Program-made: the position numbers and the translations under genes
Part shown: positions 22,700 through 32,097 of the stretch, piece after piece
Numbering within the stretch: position 1 is the stretch's first letter
Layout of the letters: the number at the start of each line of letters is the position of its first letter
Notes under the pieces: model-generated
Told to the model about the DNA's origin: nothing
Seen by the model: the letters and a program-made list of their open reading frames with translations, nothing else
Databases searched by the model: none
DNA from: Proteromonas lacertae
Taxonomy: Eukaryota
Assembly (NCBI GenBank): GCA_002245135.1
Contig: NGBS01000012.1
Span: forward strand, 124,001 to 156,097
Direction: 5' to 3'
Length of the DNA: 32,097 bases

Positions 22700-23265
22700 T
22701 CCGCAAAACAAAAATCATTTTATTACCGAACTTTCAATTAGTAAATCTGGCATATCTTCTAAACGGTGGTATTAATGTCGCTTGGTATGATCGTACGTTT
22801 TGTTATAGAAATTTATAGGTTATCCTAGTCCATTTGGTGTAAGTGAAAGACACAATTGCCTAAATTTTTGTTTGTATATCAGCATGTAATTATCATATAG
22901 ATATTGCACTAATTGTCCATATGTAAAGCTTCATGTCTTTTATGGTGAGAATTATCAGCAGGATAGGATATATGATATGCATAAATCGGTATTAATGCAA
23001 TTTTATATACAATAGAATGATATTTTTAGTTTATTATTACCAAAAATAGATACTCCATTTTTATACTCCTTTATAGTGACCAAAAACTGGTGTGACACAT
23101 GGATCACTGATCCATATAGTCGTTACAATCATCGTGATAAGAAATGGGGTGAAGATCAACAGATAACTCGTTCTTTATATATTCCTCCATTAGATTTTGA
23201 TTGGAGTGATGATGTAAAGTTAAATCTCAGTTATGATAAGTTAATTATCTACGAAATGCATGTAG

Positions 23266-23296
<31 letters not shown>

Positions 23297-24956
23297 TAGC
23301 GTGGATTTACAATATTAGATGATAGCCTACCAAAGTATATGAGAGGAACATTTCTTGGACTTGAACAAAAGATCAATTATTTAAAAGAATTAGGAATTAC
23401 AGCTGTTCAGTTATTACCTATCTTTGATTTCAATGAAAATAGATATGATTTAGGATGTGTAGATATTAATAATCATATTGGTAATTATTGGGGATATCAA
23501 CCAATTAACTACTTTTCATTTCATCCGAAATATTCGAGTAGTTATGGAGTTGGTGCAATTTATGAATTTAAAAATATGATTAAATCATTTCATAAAAATA
23601 GTATATATATATATATTATATTAATTATTTTATTTATAGATATTGAAGTGTATTTAGATGTAGTCTTCAATCACACTGGAAGTGATCATCCATTCCAATT
23701 ATTAGCACCAGAAATCTTCTATATAATGAAAAAAGATAATCCAAAAGAGTTTCTAGATGTAACAGGTTGTTGTAATACGTTCAATTGTAACTGTCATTTA
23801 GGAATGAACGTAATTATTGAAAGTTTAAAGTATTGGATCACTGAAATGCATGTGGATGGTTTTAGATTTGATGAAGTTGGCACTTTTATTAGAAATGAAG
23901 TTGGTGATCTTGTTAATGATTTTAGTCCAATATTAAAAGTATTAAGAGAGGATCCACTATTTAAGGATATTAAATTAATTGCAGAACCTTGGGATTGTGG
24001 AAATAATTATATTAATGGAAATAATTTGTATAAACCAAATTGGTTGTTTTGGAATGATCATTTTGAACATAATGTATTATATATATATATACATTTATTT
24101 ATAGGTTCGTAAATTTATAAATCAAGTTGATAATCCACATATCAGTGAGTTTATTAGCTCAATTTGTGGTAGTGGTGATGTTTATGATAAACCATATTTT
24201 AGTATAAATTATATAAGTTGTCATGATGGTTTTTCATTAAGAGATTTAGTAACATATAATAAAAAGCATAATACAGTAAATGGACATAAAAATAAAGATG
24301 GTTCAGATTGGAATCATTCCTTTAACTATGGTATAGAAGGAGATAAAGATGTAAAAGATGAATATATTATAAAAATAAGAAATAGACAAATTTATAATTT
24401 TATTGTTATTTTATTAATAAGTAGAGGAATTATTATGATAAAAATGGGAGATGAATATGGTCATAGTCAATTAGGTAATAATAATAGTTATAATCAAGAC
24501 AATTATATAAATTATTTTGAATGGAATTTACTACAAGAAACAGTTGGTGGAAATAAGATATTTAATTTATTTAAAGAAATGATTAAATTTAGAAATACTT
24601 ATAAAGTATTCAATGGGAATGATAGCTATGATTACAATAATAAGATACAATGGTTAGATGTTAATGGTAAAGTAAAAGATTGGAGTAAAAGTGATTCTAA
24701 TTCATATTTTAACTCATTTATAGCTTACACATGTAAAGATGACTGTACAAATACAGTTTTTTATATTGCCTATAATATGAGCAATGATTCAATTGATTTA
24801 ACACTTCCTGATTATCAATGGAAAGTAGTTATTGACACATCAACTGAATTTTTATTTATTGATATGAATGTATTTGGAAGTAGATATTTACTTTCAGATC
24901 ATAGTATTGTTATTCTTTCTTGTGATTGTTTTGACAAGTATATTGATTATTTTTAA
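22700..24956 (+). CDS. GlgX/isoamylase-type direct debranching enzyme (CBM48 + GH13); 5' end uncertain
   Basis: YPSPFG...LNFCL, ITDPY, LIIYEMHV, GTFLGL, YLKELGITAVQLLP, NYWGY, DVVFNHT, HVDGFRFD, IAEPWD, SCHDGFSLRDLVTYNKKHN, MGDEYGHSQLGNNNSYNQDN. Many ~30-nt introns. A possible extra intron 24938-24978 would move the stop to 24988. Confidence 0.88.
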
Positions 24957-25118
24957 TTAATATAAATATGTGTATTAGATGGGGGTAAATGTAATGAAAT
25001 AATGGTAAATAATCAAAATACAAATAAACATTGAGATGAATGACTGTATATTTTGTGATAGAATATATAACTGATTCATATCAAATCAAACCTGCTTGAT
25101 ATCTTCAAATTTAAAAAA

Positions 25119-28100
25119 ATGCCTCGAGAAGTAGATGCTTTGAATTGGAGAGATGTTTATACAAGATTTACAAAAGTGCAATCTATTGTGGCAGAGTCAA
25201 AAATTGATTCTTTGTTAATTATCCCAGGTGTTGATGGTATTTATAGTTGTTTTTAAATATTATTTAGGAAACTATAATTCTGGCTCAGAATATATGATTC
25301 AGTACTTATTACTAGGAAGGAGTGGGAAAGATATAAACCAAACAACTTTGCCGCTTGAGTACAATGACTATGATGATTGTGTCATGTCTATTGCACCTAA
25401 TACTGTTTCAATCTATTGCACATCTGCATTATACGACATTTTATTCCCAACATTGTGTCATATTCCCAATATTCTATTCTACAGAGTATTATAACAATAT
25501 ATATTTTATAAAAATAGATGTTTCCAGAAGAAGCAGATGATGTGGATTCAGCACAACTCTTCAAAATCAGATCATTTATTGAAATGACAAAGAATTACAA
25601 GAAAATTGGATTATTATTCAATGAATCACCAGTTAGTGATAAGAAAATCAACGAATTAATTGAATTATGGCCATTAATCCAGAGTTACGGTTTATCCAGT
25701 ATGAAAACTGGAGGATTTTTTACAATGACTCACACCATTACAAACATCCAATCAAAACTCTTAGAAATCCTACACAATCTAGATAACAGTTATATAATGA
25801 AATCTTTAATAGATTCTTATTTATTTACTCATTTTCAGAGTGTTATTGATAACATTAATCAAATGCCAATTGGTGAAAGAAATACTTTAACATCTGAACA
25901 AATAATTGAACCATTATCATGTTATTATGAATATAGTACAATTTCTAATAAAGTAACTGATGGTAATAATAATAATAATAATAATAAATTAGATATTAAC
26001 AGAGGACCTTATTGTAAATTCCAACAAAACAAGAATAAAGCATTGAAAGATAATGATAAGATGTTTTTTATCATTAAAGGTGATGATAATGATAGTGGAT
26101 TACAGTGTAATAGAACATATTTCACTCAGAATGGTGGTGATAATTCAATCTATAATGATAAAACCGTATAAAATATTATATATATATAATTTCTATTTAT
26201 TATAATTGAATAGAGTTTACTTGGTCCTGTTATTTATACTCCAAATAACGATTTACTATTAGTTATGAAGATATATAAATTATTAATTGATTATATGTTA
26301 ACATTTGAAAATACATACAGTACTGCAGTTCCATTAACAAAGAAAGATTTTCAGTTAAAAATTGAGAATGAATTAATGAAGAATCCAATAATGAAAAATG
26401 TAAAGAAAGAGCAGATTAATGTCATATTCAATTATTATGACAGTTATGGTGTTTTAACAACAGAACCAGTTAAATCTTTATCATTGTTACTATATATAAA
26501 TATATCCGTTAAGAATATTAAAAGTGAAACTATTAAGGATGTAATAATAGGAGATATTGAATATGGAAATAGTTATATTTATATACTAAGTGATAAAACT
26601 ATGAAATATTCATTGAAAAATATTACAAGCAGAATTCAAAATATATTATTTTTTCCTATTGAAAATGAAGATAATAAAATGATTGATAATTATATTAAAA
26701 ATATGAAAAGTGAAGTTTATAGTGTAGATAATGATTTTGGTAAATATTTGAATGTTGCTTATGATGATAATTCAATGGAAAGTGTCAGATTTATTACTTC
26801 AAATATCTCATTTCCATCACTAAATGGAATATTTCAATTCTACAATCAATCATTAATATTTCAACCATATAATTCTGCTCCTATTTTAATATTACCTGAA
26901 CAAATGTGTAGTGAAGTGAAAAGGATTGAAATTGTTCAACATAAGTGTAGTATTATATTACTATATATGAAACATCCATCTCCACCATTTACATCTAATT
27001 ATTTCTTAACTAATAATAATAATAATATATTTTATATATATATACCTCAACCAAGTAATGCTAATAGCATATTTATTGATGTTTTGAATGAATGGAAAAA
27101 GTATTTATCAATACCAATTAATACAACAGTGGTAAATGATTTGAATATGCTTGAAAAGGAAGTAGTCTATCATATAAGTGAAATAAATCCATTTTTTATA
27201 ACTGAAAATAAGAATGAATTGATTTATTCTAATTTATTAAATGATGTAACTACTATGAAGAAATATGACAGTTTAGATATTAAGAATTATATCCCATTCA
27301 ACGGAAAGAATAAAGTGGTTATTTTGATTGGATATTATGGTAGTTACGTTGATATGATTGGAAAATATTTGGAAAAACAGAATAATAACCAATACAAATT
27401 GTTATATATAAATGAAGAAGAAGAAAAAGAAGAAAAAGAAAAAGATGGAAATTCATATATTCACAAAATACAAAAGGAGATGATAAATGTTACTAAAAGT
27501 AATGATAATAAAATAGTTATACTATGTTTAGAAACAAGTAAATTGTTACTAGAAATATATTCGTTATTTTATACAAATACAGAGTTGTACAAAATGTACA
27601 ATATTCTAGGAAGTTATACAGTAATAAATCCAAATATTATATATAAAGATAATTCTAATAGATTATTACATACAAGTCAAATTAACAATCTAACAGAAGA
27701 GATATGTGATGGAATATTTATAGTGAATAGACACAACTCTATACAGAAAACTAAAATATATATTTTATTATCTCAAATTAACTCTAAAGTTGAAAGGATT
27801 ATTGTTTCAATAACTGATGATTTGGATGTAAATATAGGAAATGAATGGAATATTGTATCTAGAAGTAATGTAGAGAATAGAATAAAACAAAACTCATTGA
27901 ATATTCCTATTTTATTAAGTCACTATTATAATAGTAAGAACTACATTAATTCAAAATTGTATTTATCTCCACAAATCTATCATTTGAATGTGAAAAATTC
28001 ACTCCATTATTCAAACTATATTGAATATATAAAACACCATTTAACTAGAGATAATAATTTATATTCAACTCACGATTACAATGATAATAGTGACTATGTT

Positions 28101-28565
28101 ACTCCTTTTATTTCATTGAATAATATATTCATCTATATATACAGTAATATTGGAATTGATGAGAATATGGATAAGAAAATTGTAATAGAAGGAAGATTAG
28201 GTGAAAATGATATAATTACTGTTGATAATGAAGAAAATGGAATGATTAACAAAAAAGATAATTGTATTACCTTCTATGGTTATAATTTGAATAAAACTGA
28301 AATTGATAATGAGATAATTAAATGTTATTATTCTAAACCTTATTTACATTTATTGAATATGAAAACATTGACAAAAGATGATAAAGAAGCTGCTGTTGAA
28401 TTGTATGGATATGATCACTTGAAACCAGGTTATTTCTATATTGGAAATCATTATGTTGGTCCTACAGGAGAGTATTATCAACAACATCCATTTTTGAAAG
28501 ATGTATTAGAAGATTATATACAGCATAAAAATGAAGAGATTAATAAATATAATAACTCTCTTTAA
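25119..28565 (+). CDS. DNAAF9: DNAAF9 / C20orf194 / Shulin homologue
   Basis: Introns 25237-25267, 25486-25517 and 26166-26213. N-terminal LLIIPGVDGNYNSGS...YLLLG, AQLFKIRSFIEM, IELWPLIQSYGL...GGFFTM and C-terminal PGYFYIGNHYV...HPFL...YIQHKNEEINKYN match the termini of C20orf194 as I recall them. Confidence 0.8.
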
Positions 28566-28765
28566 TTTTTATGATTTTAACTATTATTAGTGATTTTATT
28601 CTATTTTTGTTGTTATTGTTGGTATCCCAATTTAAAAGAGAAATATATCCGTTTTCATGTAAAACGAATATATTTCAATTTTAAAATTTTCTTTATCTTT
28701 TATTAGACAATATAACAAATGTCAATAATAATGTTAAGTATTTTTATATAGTAATATAGCATCAA

Positions 28766-30560
28766 TCACAATATTAAAGAACATGATGAATTATTAACTA
28801 CATTCACCTCTTCTTTTACATCTTCTTTTATATCATCAATCCCTTTCTTTTCATTTTCAATTCTATTTCATTTCTTTCTTCTTCTGATAGTCCATCTAGT
28901 TTTATTTTTTCAATTGATGAAAATGTTTCTAAAATGATTTTAATTCTGATTTATCTATATTCTCTTTCACTGTTATTGATAATTTACTTAAACAATCAAA
29001 TACCGCTTCATTCTCTTTCATTAATCTTAATTCACTTTCATCTAATTCATTTCCTAATAGATTCATCTTTTCTAGTGGTTTATAATCTTTTAATCTTTCT
29101 ATTATCATTTTCAATCCTTTTTCACTCATTACAATATCTATTCAAATAGATAATATTCATATAATACTTGAAAGATTTAATGATTTAAAATATTCAACGA
29201 ATTTATCTAAGTATTTACACATTATCTCTATTCCTTCATCTCCAATTGGATTATTATATATTAGAATATATTCTGCATATTCTGGGGAAAATTCTATTAA
29301 TTCCTTTAATCCTTTAAAATTGATATGATTATTTGATAAATCAAGTTCTATATATTGATTAATCCACTTAAACAATGAAATATGAGAATTGTTGAGATTT
29401 AAATCTATTTCATTAGAAATTTAATATTATACTTTTTGTATTACTAAATTTACATCGATGATGAACTTTGTAATGTAAATTAATGGATGGTGAATCATTT
29501 TCTTTATATAATTTTAGCATTAGCAACAACGATAATACTATATCTGAATATTGGCTATTATATGATTTGATTAAACCATCTCTATATTCTTTCCATCTAT
29601 CAATTTTGAAATAACATTGTGTAGGAAAAAATATAGGAAGTGATATAATTTTTTGTCATTATTGAATAAAATTGCTTTTCTTTCATAAAGCATGATAAGA
29701 TTATTATTTTCATCTCTTAACATCTCATTCATTTTATCAACTCTTTTCTCAAATCTTTCACAGTGATTATTTCATCTCTATATATTTTTAACATTTTTTC
29801 TACCATCTCTTTCATCAATTCATCTTTTATTATTTCTTTATTATACTCTCCTCTTATTATATTTTTTATTGTGTTTTTCTTAAATCCATTCACATAAAAT
29901 GGTAATTTATGAGTTAATAATTGATATAATATACATCCAATACACCAAATATAATTGTCATTTAAATTATCTTCTACACATAACAGTTGCCTATTATTCA
30001 TAAAACATATGTCATATAATCTCAAATCTTCTTCTTTTCTAAGTATATTATCAAATAAATCACAAATTTGGGGGGTTGAATATATATTTTCGTTACTTTC
30101 ATATACTATGTTAGAAGTCTTTATGTTAGTAGCATTTATATCATATTCACTCATTACCATCAATATATCACATATACTACATATTATAGAACATATGTCA
30201 CTGTTTTTGACATAATTACAGTTAATCAATTCATGAAGATCATGAGCATAATATTTTCTAGATATAATCATATATTCACTTTTTTTATTTAAATAAAGTA
30301 TTTTAGAGGAATAAATATATTTTAGACAACAATTTAATGTAGCTAAGTTATTTTCTAAATATTTTAATACCATATTTTCTTTTTTTTCTATTTATACTTA
30401 CAATTTTTATGGTTTTAATCTCATTTTGAAGAATTAAATCTAAATCAATTTCATTCTTATTCTTCTTTCTTCTCTCTTTTATCTAAATATCTTAAATATG
30501 TAAAAAAAATACTTGTGTATCAAACGGTAGTAATGAGCATATTATTCTCTCCAGTGACAT
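28766..30560 (-). CDS. Pseudokinase + leucine-rich-repeat protein; about 5 apparent frameshifts (consensus error or pseudogene)
   Basis: ATG 30560, intron 30512-30483, degenerate kinase (TNIKTSNI, CDLF, IWCIGCILYQLLTHKLPF). RI-like LRRs follow (ELDLSNNHINFKGL, IYNNPIGDEGI, SLNLSNIVMSEKGL, MNLLGNELDE) with introns 29432-29405 and 29167-29138. Confidence 0.7.
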
Positions 30561-30737
30561 TTTCTTGTTTAATATCTTTACTATAAAATGTAACGAATTA
30601 ATTTCTATCATTCTATAAACAGCATTTTTTTGCATTTATTGAAGTTTCTCTAATAATCCAAATATAAATAAGCAACAAGAAATAATATATAACATATATT
30701 TTACTAACGATTTATTATAACATTTACAACAATATAC

Positions 30738-31516
30738 TCAGTTCTCATAATATTGAATATATTCATCATCTCTTAATAAAGCCTGACTAGTAGATAATCT
30801 ACTTCCATCTTCAGCTATTAATTCAGACACATCTTCATTAACTGATTTTGGACTGGCTGGATAAACACAAAATAATGACAATTGAAATGAAGAGATAAAA
30901 CAACCAATAACATTCATAATTAATACGAATATATCATGAGTTAATATACAATAAACTACCCATAATGAACAACACACTAAAGTAGCTAGACAAAATGGGA
31001 AAGGCAAACCACTGGTTGATTTTGATTTTATTATATCATATAATTTAACCAAAGGAGATGAAAATTGAATAAGTCCAGAACAATCTACTGCAATTCCATG
31101 ATAGAATACTCTAGTATCAATATTACAATACCATAAAGCTGTTGTAAGTATTACTATTACTAAGCAATAACAACCAGTAATTATTAGAGACATATTTCTG
31201 TCATGATCAGATTTTGTAAGAATCCAGAATACGAGTAGATAGAAAATACCTAAAGGAATGTATGGTAGATTGCATATTAGAACTGCATCACCACCAGACA
31301 AATAACCGTAAATAGCAGCTAAAGTACCATTGCATAAAACAGCTGTGAAAGGAAATGCTGAATAATCTCCAACTGATTTCTTTCTAATAAACCCAACAAC
31401 ATCAATTCTTAGAAAATACATGAAAGAATGAATACATTGATGCAGATCCAATACCCCATGCAGCTATAATTACACGCCCATTTCAAAATTTCAAGAAATA
31501 TATCAAAAGCAGACAT
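30738..31516 (-). CDS. SWEET/MtN3 sugar transporter
   Basis: IRKKSVGDYSAFPF...LCNG...IYG and FSSPLVKLYDIIKSKSTSGLPFPF...LWVVY...DIFVLIMNVIG are the two MtN3 halves. Intron ~31435-31408. One apparent indel near 31470 separates ATG 31516 from the main frame. Confidence 0.85.
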
Positions 31517-31603
31517 TAAAAATGAAAAGATCTTTTAAAAGAGAAACGACTATATTTTTTGAAATAAAACACAATCATTTTATAACAACAACACAATTAC
31601 AAT

Positions 31604-32097
31604 TTAACATCTTTTGTTATTACTATATCTCTTAAAAGTAAAAAGGATTTGAAAACAAAGAAATTACAACTTCTTTTTATTTTCTTTGACTTTTCTCTTT
31701 TTAATCTTTTTATTCACATTCTTCTTCTTCTTCTTTTTATTTTCATCATTTTCTTCTTCTTCTTCTTCTTCTTCATTTGCAACAACATCATCATTCTCTT
31801 CAATCTCCATTTTACCCACTCTCTTTAAGATTCTTTATTTCATCTTCAACTTCCTTTTCAATCTCCTTTTTCATCAATCTCTTCTTCTTCTTCCAATTGA
31901 CTATTATTCTTCCTCTTTTTCTCCTCTTCTTCTTTAATTTCTTCCTCTGTCTTAGGTGGAGCTGTATAATATGGTATTTTACCTCTTTGCCAATCATTAA
32001 TCACCATAATAGCAGCTTGTCTCACATCAGGATCACCACCTTTCAACAATTTACCACATTTCACTGCATATTGACATAAGAAATCATTTCCATCTTT
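31604..32097 (-). CDS. NOG2: C-terminal part of nucleolar GTPase Nog2/GNL2 (truncated by the window edge; two apparent indels in the acidic tail)
   Basis: [44 protein letters not shown] followed by a Glu/Lys-rich tail. Exact stop uncertain (31632 or 31604). Nug1/GNL3 is the alternative call. Confidence 0.72.

Noticed and set aside
28766..28790. Possible prenylation signal at the LRR protein C-terminus (SSCSLIL*)
   Set aside because: The Cys is at position -5 rather than -4, and the terminal frame depends on two inferred indel corrections.
1..32097. Alternative nuclear genetic code (stop-codon reassignment)
   Set aside because: TAA, TAG and TGA each end genes at plausible C-termini, and internal stops are explained by tiny introns or indels.

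Overview
Very AT-rich, gene-dense eukaryotic (protist) genomic DNA. About 18 protein-coding genes are interrupted by tiny GT-AG introns (25-48 nt where mapped) and separated by short spacers. GT-rich TGTTTGTT-like motifs follow several stop codons. Together this suggests a Blastocystis-like stramenopile (inference, not proven). Recognisable genes: NOC3, a PPR protein, a DENN-ENTH fusion, Tousled-like kinase, THOC3, a GOST-like 7TM protein, PP4 catalytic subunit, Nup62/Nsp1, a DOT1-like methyltransferase, a GlgX/isoamylase-type GH13, DNAAF9/C20orf194, a SWEET transporter and NOG2/GNL2. The most striking element is a pseudokinase-TPR gene (473-2697) whose 37-aa repeats each sit on their own 111-nt phase-0 exon. 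A related pseudokinase at the other end of the window carries LRRs instead, suggesting a modular receptor-like family. A tandem Crinkler/RHS-type NTPase gene is also present. Single-base indels cluster in the first ~5 kb and last ~3.5 kb, including in housekeeping genes, and are most likely consensus errors. No rRNA, tRNA, CRISPR array or intact mobile element was recognised. Family calls are from motif recognition only; no searches were run.
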